Of a DNA stretch of 64,000 nt, positions 1 through 10,389 are shown one piece after another; position 1 is the stretch's first letter, and each line of letters opens with the position of its first letter. Source of the DNA: Abditibacteriaceae bacterium (GTDB taxonomy: Bacteria; Armatimonadota; Abditibacteriia; Abditibacteriales; Abditibacteriaceae). The notes beneath the pieces were generated by a model, which was not told where the DNA came from, ran no database searches, and worked only from the letters and a program-made list of their open reading frames with translations. Both the position numbers and the translations under genes were made by a program. The stretch lies in the NCBI GenBank assembly GCA_965277285.1, contig OZ255721.1:2432001-2496000 (forward strand). Reading direction: 5' to 3'.

Positions 1-113
1 GCCCTAAGAAGCGCGCGTTGGTCGAATCCTCGAGTACGAAGTATCGAGTACTCGATGGCGCACGGCGTTTCTGAGAATGAGAGCAGGCGGTTTCAAAGAC
101 CAAGGAAAACACG

Positions 114-1268
114 ATGCGCTTAGTTGTCATTCCTTCTGACCCGATTGCGACTTACGAAAGAGCTGGTCTCGATTGGCTGGAGCGTTACTACAATCCACAT
201 CGAATGTTCGATGAAGTGTTTGCGCTCAGTCCTTTGGAAGAAGGAGAACGCCAGGCTTACGGCATGACAATCCGCGGCGTTCCTTTCGAGCGAATGAAGC
301 GAGCTATCGGCGAGTTGAAGCCCGATGTCGTGCGCGCTTATGGCGGATACTGGGCTGCCAACGCCGCCTGTCTGGGGCGCAATTGGGACATTCCTGTCGT
401 GGTCAGTGTTCACGATACGAACCCGGCGTTATTTTTCGACTCGGTCAAATATGCCGACATCGTAATTTGTATGTCGAAGGTGGTCGCGGAACTGGCGCAA
501 CAGAAGGGCGTCGCGCCGGAACGCATCCGCGTTTTGCCCAATCGCGTTGACTTCGGGGTTTTTTATCCGATAAAGGATCAGGGATCTTTAGAGGCGGTCG
601 CGCAGCAGTTTCCTGTCGGTAAGCACTTGTTGCATTTGGGGCGTAAAACCGAACAGAAGAACCTGGACAACACGATCCGCGCTCTGTCTTTGCTGCCCAT
701 CGAGTACTCGTGCATTTTTGCCGGTTTGGGCGAGCGAGGACCGTTTGTGCAGTTGGCGCGCGAGTTGGGCGTGGAAAAACGCTGCTTCTGGATCGATTCA
801 ATTCCCAACTCACAACTTCCCATTTGGTATTCGTGGTGCGATTGTATGCTGACACCCAGCCGCTGGGAAGGTTTTGGCATCGTCTTCATTGAAGCGGCGG
901 CGTGTGGCGCGGCGATTGTCACATCCGACATCGCGCCCATGAACGAATACTTGCGACACGGCGAAAGCGCCTTTCTGGTGAAAGATTACGAAAACCCGAA
1001 TGCTCTGGCGCAGGCGGTTCGAAAAGTTTGTGAACAAACCGAACTGCGACGCAAACTTCAGCGTGGTGCAGTCGAGGCGGCACAACCCTTTGAACAGCAG
1101 CGTGTTGATGCCCAAGAATGTGATATTTACCGCGAAGCAATCGCGTTGCCGCCGTTATCCACACTGAGACGCCAGGAAATTGAGCGATGCATTTGGACCT
1201 TAAAAGCACGCATGATGGCGCGCAAAGTTTTGCCAGCCCGCGTTGTGGAACAACTGCGCCATAGATGA
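114..1268 (+). CDS. Glycosyltransferase family 4 (GT-B)
   Basis: PSRWEGFGIVFIEAAACG motif; VLPNRVD; GRKTEQKN. Confidence 0.9.
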   Translation: MRLVVIPSDPIATYERAGLDWLERYYNPHRMFDEVFALSPLEEGERQAYGMTIRGVPFERMKRAIGELKPDVVRAYGGYWAANAACLGRNWDIPVVVSVHDTNPALFFDSVKYADIVICMSKVVAELAQQKGVAPERIRVLPNRVDFGVFYPIKDQGSLEAVAQQFPVGKHLLHLGRKTEQKNLDNTIRALSLLPIEYSCIFAGLGERGPFVQLARELGVEKRCFWIDSIPNSQLPIWYSWCDCMLTPSRWEGFGIVFIEAAACGAAIVTSDIAPMNEYLRHGESAFLVKDYENPNALAQAVRKVCEQTELRRKLQRGAVEAAQPFEQQRVDAQECDIYREAIALPPLSTLRRQEIERCIWTLKARMMARKVLPARVVEQLRHR

Positions 1269-1419
1269 ATATCTTTGATTAACCGATGGCGCAGGTTTGG
1301 CGATGCCAACCATTGGTGGAATAAATGACTTGATTCCATTTTCAAACGGTACTTTGCAGCCACTGCGGACTTCCTTAATTATTCTTGACTATTCTTGACT
1401 ATGCTAATATTATTAGTAT

Positions 1420-2451
1420 ATGAGATTCGCACCGCGACATTATGCCAGCCGCTTGCGGACGCAGCATTTGCTGGCATCGAGTACTCGAATCACGCAACAA
1501 AGGTTGGAGCAGTTCGTGCGCGACGGCCAGCATAACACACCTGCCGAACGTGCGCTGAACTGGATTAAAGCCAATCATCAGCCAGGCAAAGGCGTTCGTG
1601 TCCATAGTGGCCATGCGCAGTCTTACCCGGAAGTCACGGGTTATATAGTGCCGACACTAATAGAGATTGAGGAAAACGAACAGGCATCGCAGCTTTTGCA
1701 GTGGCTTTTGCGTATTCAGCACGCCGATGGCGCTTATGGTGATCCAGATGAGGATCGGCCTCATGTTTTCGATACGGGCCAGGTGCTTCGCGGCTTGCTA
1801 TCGGGGACTCGCTTGCCATTATCAGAATCAACAAACCTGAAACTGCAACGTGCCCTTGGCAAAACAACAGAATACTTATACGGAAAAATGGTTGAAGATG
1901 GCCGCCAGGGATTTGGCACACAATATGGCGTGGAAGGCGAGAATCCAGTTTCCGAAAGTGTGCTGCTTTATGTCCTACCTCCTTTGATAGAAGCGTCTCG
2001 AGTACTCGATTTGCCCCATGTCGCGCAGGCGGCCCAGCATTGCGCCGACTTTTATGTGGCGCAACCTTACGCCTTGCAAGAACGAACGCTGACGCATTTT
2101 TTAGCGTATGAATTGGAAGCGCTCATTGACCTGGGAAGGAAAGACGTCGCTCTTTCGGTTCTCCAGCAGTTGCAAGCCGAGCAACAGGCCGATGGTTTTG
2201 TGCGAGGGCGAGAAGGCGTGAAATCGTGTTGTTCGCCGGGCCTGGTGCAGTTGGCCATTTGCTGGATGAAGGTCGGAAACGTGGAGCCAGCGCTTAAAGC
2301 CTTGTCCTGGATGGAAGCACATCAGGAGCCTTCGGGAGGCTGGCGCGGCAGTTATGGCGAAAACGCCTCCTATTTTCCCGATGTCGAACTTTCCTGGGTG
2401 CCCAAATACTTTCTGGATGCTTGCTTCCTTCAACAAAATCTCGGCTTTTGA
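1420..2451 (+). CDS. Prenyltransferase/squalene-oxidase-repeat (alpha/alpha toroid) protein
   Basis: YPEVTGY, FDTGQVLRGL and repeated WL..Q..DG/GGW motifs. Confidence 0.65.
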   Translation: MRFAPRHYASRLRTQHLLASSTRITQQRLEQFVRDGQHNTPAERALNWIKANHQPGKGVRVHSGHAQSYPEVTGYIVPTLIEIEENEQASQLLQWLLRIQHADGAYGDPDEDRPHVFDTGQVLRGLLSGTRLPLSESTNLKLQRALGKTTEYLYGKMVEDGRQGFGTQYGVEGENPVSESVLLYVLPPLIEASRVLDLPHVAQAAQHCADFYVAQPYALQERTLTHFLAYELEALIDLGRKDVALSVLQQLQAEQQADGFVRGREGVKSCCSPGLVQLAICWMKVGNVEPALKALSWMEAHQEPSGGWRGSYGENASYFPDVELSWVPKYFLDACFLQQNLGF

Positions 2452-2484
2452 CGCAATGTTTTGTGGCAATGCTAAACTGCAACT

Positions 2485-3216
2485 ATGCCCACCTCTCCTG
2501 TTCCTGATTCCAGCGACTTATTCACCTCCCGCTTTTTTATAAAAAATGACCCGATAATGCGCGGCTTTGTGGCTCCGCGAAAAGCATTGTGGTGGAACAA
2601 ACAGCATCGTTGGGATTTTTTCCAGTGGCGATGGTGGTCTCGTATTTACGAGTACGAATGGATGAGTTCAGCGATCTCGCAGTATTTTCAAGGGCAAAAC
2701 CTGCAACAAAAAACGGTGCTGGACGCGGCGTGCGGCGAAGTTCAGCCCGGCGGCTTTATTCTGGCGCAGAAAGGTTTTGGGCAAGTCGTCGCGCAGGATG
2801 TTTTCGCTCGACACGCTCTCATCGAAAAAAGTGCTTTGACCAATCTCCACTATTTACAAGGCAATTTAGCTGAAGTCAAAGAAGGACGCTTCGATTGCAT
2901 CGTCTTCATTTCAACATTGGAGCACATCAACCCCGAAGTGCAGCCCCTTGTTTTGCAAAACCTTGTTGATCGCTTGAATCCGGGCGGCGCTTTGTTGCTG
3001 ACTTTCGATATGCCGGGCTACGAGTACTCGACGAACCTCGATTTATATAAACAAATTCTTCGTGACAACAATTTGCAGTTCCGCGAAGAAAGCGTGCGCG
3101 ATGCAGACAAACTGACTTCCAAAAACAAACACATTGTTTTCCCCGAAGGTTTTGAGGATGGTCACGTCAAACACGAAGAGCTTTCCTGCTATCGATTGTT
3201 CGCCGTCAGGGAATAA
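2485..3216 (+). CDS. Class I SAM-dependent methyltransferase
   Basis: VLDAACG, FDCIVFISTLEHI, LNPGGALLLT. Confidence 0.8.
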   Translation: MPTSPVPDSSDLFTSRFFIKNDPIMRGFVAPRKALWWNKQHRWDFFQWRWWSRIYEYEWMSSAISQYFQGQNLQQKTVLDAACGEVQPGGFILAQKGFGQVVAQDVFARHALIEKSALTNLHYLQGNLAEVKEGRFDCIVFISTLEHINPEVQPLVLQNLVDRLNPGGALLLTFDMPGYEYSTNLDLYKQILRDNNLQFREESVRDADKLTSKNKHIVFPEGFEDGHVKHEELSCYRLFAVRE

Positions 3217-3222
3217 CTGCGC

Positions 3223-4017
3223 ATGACTTCAACAGCGCTTTCTTCACCTCTCGTCAGCATTGTTTTGCCCACTTACAACCGTGCCTCCATGTTGGATAAG
3301 GCGCTTGCGACGTGTCTGTCTCAAACATTGAGTAATCTGGAAGTGGTCGTGGTAGATGACGGATCGCCAGACCAAACGCAGAAAGTTGTGCGAGAATGGC
3401 AGGCCAAAGACGAACGCGTGCTCCTGGTGACACAAGCCAATGCCGGTTTGCCAGCCGCACTGAATGCCGGTTTCAAAGCGGCGCGTGGGCAGTATTTGAC
3501 ATGGACAAGCGACGATAACGCTTTTCATGCCGATGCATTAGAAATTATGGTGCAAGCGCTGGAAGACGACGCGAGTGTGGATTTCGTTTATTGCGATTAT
3601 TTAGCAATTGACGAAAACGACAAAGTCATCGAGCGCGTAAGTTTGCCCGACAGCGACAATCTGGCGACAAAAAATGTCGTGGGCGCGTGCTTTTTGTATC
3701 GACGTCGCGTATATGAAAGCGTCGGTGATTACGATACCGCTTTGTTTTTGGCCGAAGATTACGATTACTGGCTGCGCGTCAGCAAGCGTTTTCGCATGAA
3801 ACATTTGGACGCGTGTCCTTACAATTATCGCTTGCACGCAACTTCTCTAACCTCCAAACGCGAGTTCGCCATTTTCAAGATGACGCTGCGCGCGCGTCTT
3901 AAAAACTCTTCCGACTTCGGGCATCGAGTACTCATTTTGCGCCAGGCCGCTCTTCACTGGCGTCGCCGTTATTTGCCTTTGCGCGCGATGCTGCGTCGCA
4001 TTCGCTCCAAGCGTTGA
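3223..4017 (+). CDS. Glycosyltransferase family 2
   Basis: VSIVLPTYNR, VVDDGS, WTSDDN, EDYDYWLR. Confidence 0.92.
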   Translation: MTSTALSSPLVSIVLPTYNRASMLDKALATCLSQTLSNLEVVVVDDGSPDQTQKVVREWQAKDERVLLVTQANAGLPAALNAGFKAARGQYLTWTSDDNAFHADALEIMVQALEDDASVDFVYCDYLAIDENDKVIERVSLPDSDNLATKNVVGACFLYRRRVYESVGDYDTALFLAEDYDYWLRVSKRFRMKHLDACPYNYRLHATSLTSKREFAIFKMTLRARLKNSSDFGHRVLILRQAALHWRRRYLPLRAMLRRIRSKR

Positions 4018-4034
4018 AAGAAAAATCCCACATC

Positions 4035-5117
4035 ATGGCGCCAACTGAGCAAACCTCGAATCTGGTCAGCGTGATCGTCCCGACATATAACTACGCTCAC
4101 TTTCTGTGGCAAACCCTGGCGTGCGTGCAAATGCAAACTTACGGGAATTGGGAGTGCGTCGTTGTGGACGATGGTTCGATCGATGACACGCGCGAAGTGG
4201 TGCAGCAGTTCATGCGAGACGACGCGCGTATTCGCTATATCCATCAACAAAATGGCGGTCTCTCGGCGGCGCGCAACACAGGTTTGCGCGAAAGTCGCGG
4301 GCAATTTATCCAACTTCTCGACTCGGACGATTTTATCGAACCGCGCAAGCTGGAAAGTCAGGTCGCGTTCTTGAACACGCATCCCGATATCGACATCGTT
4401 TGCGGCGAAATGCGCTTTGTTTCTGTGGAAACTGGCGAACGCGAAACACTTGAACGAACCAGCATAATGCGTTGCTGTTTCGCGCGTCAAAGCTTCTGCA
4501 TCGCCGACAACGAACTGGTTTTGTTACAGCATCGGGATAAACGAGTGAGCTTCGAAGTCAATCAGAATGTAGCGTCCGTGCGTTTTATCGAGAGCGATAT
4601 TCTTTTGAACCTGCTTCGTGGGAACAGCATTGTTGTCAATACTCCTTTGGTGCGCAAGCAAGTTTTCGATGATGTCGGAAATTTCGATCAGACTTTGCGT
4701 TCTGTGGAAGACTGGCACTTTTGGATTCGCTGCGCCTTACAAGGGAAACAGTTTGCGGCGCATCACGAGCCTTTGACACGCGCTCTGGTGCGTTGGCATC
4801 AAGCCAGCATGAGTCAAAACAAAACGCGAATGTTCCGCTCTATGATAGAAATGCGAGGAGTTCTAAAGCCGCTGTTAGGCAGCGCGGAGTTGAAACGCGT
4901 TAATCGCATGATGATGGTGCACGATTACGCTGCGCTGGGAATTCACGAAGGCCTGGAAGACCAATTGTGGAACGGCTCAAGACATCTGTGGAAAGCGGCG
5001 TGGCTGGGCAAGAATACGAAATGGTTCGTTTACGGTTTTGCTCTTCCTCTTAAAAAATTCAGCCGCTTGGCTCCTGCGTTGTCGCGCATTAAAGCGCGAT
5101 TGTTCCGAAACGACTAG
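4035..5117 (+). CDS. Glycosyltransferase family 2
   Basis: VSVIVPTYN, VDDGS, LDSDD, EDWHFW; ATG 4035 preferred over TTG 4014. Confidence 0.9.
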   Translation: MAPTEQTSNLVSVIVPTYNYAHFLWQTLACVQMQTYGNWECVVVDDGSIDDTREVVQQFMRDDARIRYIHQQNGGLSAARNTGLRESRGQFIQLLDSDDFIEPRKLESQVAFLNTHPDIDIVCGEMRFVSVETGERETLERTSIMRCCFARQSFCIADNELVLLQHRDKRVSFEVNQNVASVRFIESDILLNLLRGNSIVVNTPLVRKQVFDDVGNFDQTLRSVEDWHFWIRCALQGKQFAAHHEPLTRALVRWHQASMSQNKTRMFRSMIEMRGVLKPLLGSAELKRVNRMMMVHDYAALGIHEGLEDQLWNGSRHLWKAAWLGKNTKWFVYGFALPLKKFSRLAPALSRIKARLFRND

Positions 5118-5181
5118 ATATTCAAGGGTTTACCTCAAGTTAAAGTCCACTAAAGAACACTGTACACAATCGCTTATTGCA

Positions 5182-6123
5182 ATGAAGAATCCTCTTATCA
5201 GTGTTGTTATTCCAGTTTACAATCGCGGCGTGGCCATCAAAGCAACGATAGAGAGCGTTTTATCGCAAACTTGGCCTCAAGAGCAACTCGAAATCATCAT
5301 TGTGGATGATGGCAGCACCGATGACACACTGTCTTTTCTGCAAATCGAGTACTCGAATCATCCCCACATTCGCCTTTTTTCGCAACCAAACGCCGGTGTT
5401 GCTTGCGCACGCAACAAGGGCTTGAACGAAGCGCGCGGCGATTTCATCGCGTTTCTCGATCATGATGACCTTTGGCTGCCACAAAAATTGGAAAAACAAG
5501 TTGCACGATTTCGCGCTTCTCCCACCACGACTTTGGTTTATTGTGGCTGGCAAACCCGCAACGAAAATGGCCCACCTTCAAACGGAATAATCTTTCCAAC
5601 ACAATGGCCGCGCGGCGCTGTCTATCGCCGCTTGCTGCAAAGCAATTTCCTCATTTCAGCCAGCGTTCCACTGATGCGCACACGCATTATCCGTGAGGCG
5701 GGAGGTTTCGCGCCAAATGCGGTACCCAACGACGATTGGGATTTGTGGTTGCGACTGGCGCAAACCGGTCGCTTTGATTGCGTCGCCGAACCTCTGGTTC
5801 TTTATCAACAGCATTCGGCTCAACTGTCTCGCGCTTCGCAGAAAATGATCGAAACAACGCGCAACGTTTTCCAAAGACAACATTCTTTTGTAGCGAAGAA
5901 CAGAAGGTTTTGGCTTCCCTGGAAAATTTTCAGCACGCTCACGATGTCTTATCAGCGCACTTTCCCCTTGTTCGTAGAAGCGCAGAACCATCTTTTCGCT
6001 GGTCGTTTCTTGCAGGCTGTTCGCTGCTGGCTGCGCGCTTTTTCTTCACCCGCCGCACCATTTTCCCGTCAGTGGCTTTATTTACTTAAACGCGCCCTTT
6101 GCCGTGATTTGCGCCCTTATTGA
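5182..6123 (+). CDS. Glycosyltransferase family 2
   Basis: ISVVIPVYN, VDDGS, FLDHDD, DDWDLWLR. Confidence 0.9.
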   Translation: MKNPLISVVIPVYNRGVAIKATIESVLSQTWPQEQLEIIIVDDGSTDDTLSFLQIEYSNHPHIRLFSQPNAGVACARNKGLNEARGDFIAFLDHDDLWLPQKLEKQVARFRASPTTTLVYCGWQTRNENGPPSNGIIFPTQWPRGAVYRRLLQSNFLISASVPLMRTRIIREAGGFAPNAVPNDDWDLWLRLAQTGRFDCVAEPLVLYQQHSAQLSRASQKMIETTRNVFQRQHSFVAKNRRFWLPWKIFSTLTMSYQRTFPLFVEAQNHLFAGRFLQAVRCWLRAFSSPAAPFSRQWLYLLKRALCRDLRPY

Positions 6124-6131
6124 ACCCAACC

Positions 6132-7157
6132 ATGACGAAGATGAATGCGCCGCTTTTCACCATTTTTTTACCGTCCTATAATGGCGGCGCGTACTTGAAA
6201 GAAGCTGTCGCGTCCGTTCTGGCGCAAACCTGCCCCGATTGGGAACTCATTGTTCTCGATGACGGCAGCACCGATGGTTCGCTGCAATGGCTGCATTCTT
6301 TGAACGAACCGCGACTTCGAGTACTCGAAAGCGCGCACATCGGCATTGTCGCAAACTGGCGACGTTCTTTGACCATCGACAAAGCGCCGTGGATGACATT
6401 TCTGGGTCAGGACGATTTGTTCGACCCACACTTTCTGCAAACCATCGCGCAACTCATCGAAGATCATCCAGACGCCGATATTTTTCACGCGCACTTTCGT
6501 TTCATCGACCAGAACGGCAAACTCTTGCGCAATTGTCGCCTGATGCCTTCACGGGAAACCGCGAGCGAATACATCGCGGCGCTGTTTTCCGGCGCGCGCG
6601 ACACTTATGGAACTGGCTACATTTTGCGAAGCGAAAAATACGATCAAACCGGCGGCATCTCGCCTTGGGAGCGCTTGCTGTTCGCCGACGACGCGCTGTG
6701 GATTTCGATGATGCACAGTTCGCATAAAATCACTGCGCAACAACAATGTTTCGCGTGTCGCTTGCATCACAAAAGTGTCAGCGGTTCTCCGCCATGGCGC
6801 AGTTGGGCGAACGCGATGCAACCCTACATTTCTTTTCTGCAAGACTTGGGCGAACGCGACGAAAGCGTCAATCGAGTACTCGAAACGCACGCGCCAACTT
6901 ATTTTCTGCGCTGGTGCCGCAATGTTTACAGCCTCGCCTTGATGCAGGCGACCAAAACCAATCGGCGCGTTGAACACGATGCGCGTCGCCTTCTCGAAAC
7001 CGAACTCGAACAAGTGCAAAGCGGTTTGGGACAACAACTGCGATCTTCGCGCACGGTTCGCGTCCGCGAAACTATCAATCGGTTTTTCGTGTTGCGCCAG
7101 CTTTATCGGTTTTACATCCGTGCGCGTTATGGCGTCACTCACTTGAAGACTTCGTAA
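6132..7157 (+). CDS. Glycosyltransferase family 2
   Basis: IFLPSYN, LDDGSTD, LGQDD. Confidence 0.88.
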   Translation: MTKMNAPLFTIFLPSYNGGAYLKEAVASVLAQTCPDWELIVLDDGSTDGSLQWLHSLNEPRLRVLESAHIGIVANWRRSLTIDKAPWMTFLGQDDLFDPHFLQTIAQLIEDHPDADIFHAHFRFIDQNGKLLRNCRLMPSRETASEYIAALFSGARDTYGTGYILRSEKYDQTGGISPWERLLFADDALWISMMHSSHKITAQQQCFACRLHHKSVSGSPPWRSWANAMQPYISFLQDLGERDESVNRVLETHAPTYFLRWCRNVYSLALMQATKTNRRVEHDARRLLETELEQVQSGLGQQLRSSRTVRVRETINRFFVLRQLYRFYIRARYGVTHLKTS

Positions 7158-7313
7158 AAGAGAACGCATGAGCCAAACGCCCGATATCTGGACTTTGCGC
7201 GCGCCCTCGTTCGCCCAAACCGACTGCATCGTGAACGCGTGCGTTTGTTCCGCGAAGTCTTGCGCCAGACCGCGCGTGCCGAGCGAAATGCTCCACGACG
7301 TTAAGGAAATTTC

Positions 7314-7664
7314 ATGCAAATCAAGAAATGCCCACATTGCGCGCAATTGGTTCACGTCGATGTTCTTTATTCGCAACCTTGCTGGAATTGTGGCGCATTC
7401 GTCGATTTCACGCCTCGAGAAAACTGGGCGCAGACCGTCTTTCGAGTACTCGATGTGCGTTTAACGAAAGTTCTCTCGCCGGTTTTTGATGGCGAACGCT
7501 GGATAAAGTGGAATCGCCGCGCGTTGTTGACGGCATTGCCGTTGGCAGTCGTGATGCTGCTGACTTGCAACTCGTTTCAGATTGGGATTGTACGCGACAT
7601 CACAACGCCGTTTCGACGATTGGAAATCAATTTTTCCAATGAACCACAATCGCCAGGTTGGTAG
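7314..7664 (+). CDS. Small hypothetical protein with CxxC..CxxC zinc ribbon and one TM segment
   Basis: CPHC...CWNC; aaggaa SD-like sequence upstream; hydrophobic LLTALPLAVVMLL. Confidence 0.55.
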   Translation: MQIKKCPHCAQLVHVDVLYSQPCWNCGAFVDFTPRENWAQTVFRVLDVRLTKVLSPVFDGERWIKWNRRALLTALPLAVVMLLTCNSFQIGIVRDITTPFRRLEINFSNEPQSPGW

Positions 7665-7671
7665 ATTTGGA

Positions 7672-7701
7672 TTGACAACGTGAGCGCAAACGTTCTATAA
7701 T
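7672..7701 (+). promoter_or_regulatory. Sigma70-type promoter for the ilvB leader
   Basis: TTGACA (7672)-N18-TATAAT (7696). Confidence 0.8.
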
Positions 7702-7721
7702 GTGTTGGACAATTTGAAAAT

Positions 7722-8093
7722 AAAGACCGTGAAGAGGAAGAGTACGCGGGACGAGCGTTCGAGAGAATCGTTTGATGTGCTGTGAAAACGATAACGCATC
7801 GCCGCCGAAAGTCACCTCGGAGTCGCTGACGCCAAAGCCTTCGATACTTGTCATCGAGTACGCGAAAAGCCAGTAGTTTCAGACGGGCGCGCCCGTGACA
7901 GCGCATAATGAAGAGCCGCCTCAAGTGACAAATTACGAATGACAAGTGACGAGTTCAAACTCGACATTCTTCACTTGTAACTCGACACTGGCGGAACGCG
8001 GGTGGTACCACGAGACCGATTTTATTCGCTCCCGTCCCGCGCAGCCTGCGATAACATAAGGTTATTGCAGATGCGCGAGGCGGGAGTTTTTTG
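7722..8093 (+). promoter_or_regulatory. T-box riboswitch (probable Val specifier GTC) upstream of ilvB
   Basis: Stem I GA/AGAGA motifs, GAAAGTCAC specifier loop (GTC 7811-7813), T-box GGGTGGTACCACG at about 8000-8012, terminator ctcccg...cgggag followed by a T run (8029-8093). Confidence 0.85.
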
Positions 8094-8167
8094 TTGCGAG
8101 TTCTCGGTTTTGAGTTGAAGCCACTTAACTCAAAATTCAAAACTCAAAACTGCGACTGGAGGAAGCT

Positions 8168-9961
8168 ATGAACGGAGCGGAAGCACTTTTAGAAAGTTTG
8201 AAACGCGAAGGCGTCGATACCTTGTTCGGCATTTCGGGCGGCGCGATTTTGCCAATTTACGATGCGCTGGGCAAGCAACAGGACATCTGGAGCATTTTAA
8301 CGCGCCACGAACAAGGCGCCGGTCACATGGCCGAAGGTTACGCGCGCGCCACAGGCCGCGTCGGTTGCTGCATTGGCACATCCGGGCCGGGCGCGACAAA
8401 TCTTGTGACAGCGATCACCGATGCCTTTATGGATTCGACGCCGGTCGTTTTCTTGAGCGGACAAGTCGCCACGCCCAACATCGGCAAAGATGCTTTTCAG
8501 GAATGCGACACTTTTGGCATCACAATGCCGATTGTCAAGCATTCGTACATGATCAAGCGCACGGCGGACATTCCGCGCATCGTCAAGGAAGCGTTTTACA
8601 TCGCGCGCACTGGACGTCCCGGCCCGGTTCTTATCGACATTCCCAAAGACATCGGCGAAAATGAATTGGGACTTTTCCAATATCCCGAAAACGTCCATTT
8701 TCGCGGCTACAATCCCGAAATGCCCGCCGCCCACGAGCAAATCAAAGCCGCCGCGCAATTGATTGCGGACGCCAAACAACCCGTCCTTTATGTCGGCAAT
8801 GGCGTCAATCAGGCGGGCGCCGCCGATGACCTGATCGCGCTGGCCGAAAAGATTCAGGCGCCCGTCACGACGACACTTTTGGGGCGCGGCGCTTTTCCAG
8901 GCGGACACGCTCTCGCACTCGATATGTTGGGAATGCACGGCACGGCGTATGCGAACTGGGCGGTTCACGAAAGCGATTTGCTGATTGCATTGGGTGCTCG
9001 TTTCGATGACCGCGTGACCGGCAACCCGAGCAAATTCGCGCCGAACGCCAAAGTCATCCACGTCGATATTGACGCGGCGGAGTTGGGCAAAATCCGTTTC
9101 GCGCAGGTGCCGATTTTGGGCGACGTGAAAACCGTCATCAAGCAGTTGACCGAAGCGGTCGCGCCCAAGCAGCATCCCGAATGGGTGTCGCGCGTTCAGC
9201 AGTGGAAAAAAGACGCGCCGCTGACTTATGAAAAAACCGGCAAGCTGAAACCGCAATTTGTTTTGTCCGAGTTGCAAAAAGCAACCGAGGGCGAAGCGAT
9301 TATGACAACTGATGTCGGCCAGCATCAGATGTGGGCGGCGCAGTATTACAGCCCGAAACAGACGCGCAGCTTTATCACGTCCGGCGGTTTGGGCACGATG
9401 GGTTACGGTTATCCCGCCGCGATTGGCGCCAAAGTCGGCTGCATGGATCGGGAAGTCTGGTGCATTACGGGCGACGGCAGTTTCCAGATGAACATTCAAG
9501 AGTTGGCGACTGGCGTGCTGTATGACATTCCGGTGAAGATCGCCGTACTCAATAACAGCGCGTTGGGCATGGTGCGCCAGTGGCAGAAGTTATTTTATTC
9601 GCGGCGCTGGAGCGGCATCGATCTTTCCAAATGCCCCGACTTCGCCAAAGTCGCCGAAGCGTATAGCGCGACAGGAATTACCGTCACGGAAGCTGATGAA
9701 GTGGCGGACGCGATTCGGGAAGCGCGCAAAAATCCGGGCACGGTCGTGTTAAATTTTATGACCGATACGGAAGAAGACGTGTACCCGATGATTCCGGGCG
9801 GCAAAACCATCCACGACATGGTGATGGATGGCAGCGGCAAGCCGGTTCCAGTCGGTGGTTTTTCCAGCGAAGACATGGAAGAAATTCTGGAAACCGCGAC
9901 CGCCAGCGATTACGCCGGCGAGTGGAACGACGATCTGCGCAGCGGCGAACGCAAGATTTGA
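8168..9961 (+). CDS. ilvB: Acetolactate synthase large subunit
   Basis: RHEQGAGHMAEGYAR, TDVGQHQMW, GDGSFQMNIQEL ThDP motif. Confidence 0.97.
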   Translation: MNGAEALLESLKREGVDTLFGISGGAILPIYDALGKQQDIWSILTRHEQGAGHMAEGYARATGRVGCCIGTSGPGATNLVTAITDAFMDSTPVVFLSGQVATPNIGKDAFQECDTFGITMPIVKHSYMIKRTADIPRIVKEAFYIARTGRPGPVLIDIPKDIGENELGLFQYPENVHFRGYNPEMPAAHEQIKAAAQLIADAKQPVLYVGNGVNQAGAADDLIALAEKIQAPVTTTLLGRGAFPGGHALALDMLGMHGTAYANWAVHESDLLIALGARFDDRVTGNPSKFAPNAKVIHVDIDAAELGKIRFAQVPILGDVKTVIKQLTEAVAPKQHPEWVSRVQQWKKDAPLTYEKTGKLKPQFVLSELQKATEGEAIMTTDVGQHQMWAAQYYSPKQTRSFITSGGLGTMGYGYPAAIGAKVGCMDREVWCITGDGSFQMNIQELATGVLYDIPVKIAVLNNSALGMVRQWQKLFYSRRWSGIDLSKCPDFAKVAEAYSATGITVTEADEVADAIREARKNPGTVVLNFMTDTEEDVYPMIPGGKTIHDMVMDGSGKPVPVGGFSSEDMEEILETATASDYAGEWNDDLRSGERKI

Positions 9962-10018
9962 GAAAATGAACACGGATTTCATAGACGGATCGGACGGATG
10001 AACACAGATTTTTGAGAT

Positions 10019-10046
10019 GTTGGGGCGCAGCATGCTGCGCCCCAAC
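10019..10046. repeat. REP-like perfect 28-bp palindrome GTTGGGGCGCAGCATGCTGCGCCCCAAC
   Basis: Perfect inverted repeat; same core occurs at 27457-27480. Confidence 0.75.
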
Positions 10047-10107
10047 GATGACTTCCTTTTCTGATTTGTAGAACCGTTCAATCTGTGTCCAAATATCGAG
10101 TACTCGA

Positions 10108-10368
10108 ATGCGAACCCTCAAATTCATCGGCGCGGGCGTCTTTGCGCTGTTTACCCTTGGCACGATTTTGACATTGCTGGGGACCATTTTGTTGGTGGCG
10201 AGTGGTGCCAGCAGTTCTTACATGATGGGGCGTTTATGTGGCGGTATGTTTGGCGTAATTTTGTGGAGTGTCTTGTCGTACGCTTGTTGGAAAAGCGCGA
10301 CCAAGCCGCAGCAAACCAACGACAGATTGGTTCCGCCGTTGCCAGGAGTGCCGCCAGATAAACGTTAA
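10108..10368 (+). CDS. Small membrane protein (2 TM), paralog of the next ORF
   Basis: MRTLKFIGAGVFALF; two hydrophobic helices. Confidence 0.65.
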   Translation: MRTLKFIGAGVFALFTLGTILTLLGTILLVASGASSSYMMGRLCGGMFGVILWSVLSYACWKSATKPQQTNDRLVPPLPGVPPDKR

Positions 10369-10389
10369 TCACATTCGAGTACTCGAATT

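Noticed and set aside
8297..9499. 400-aa minus-strand ORF
   Set aside because: Antisense shadow of ilvB
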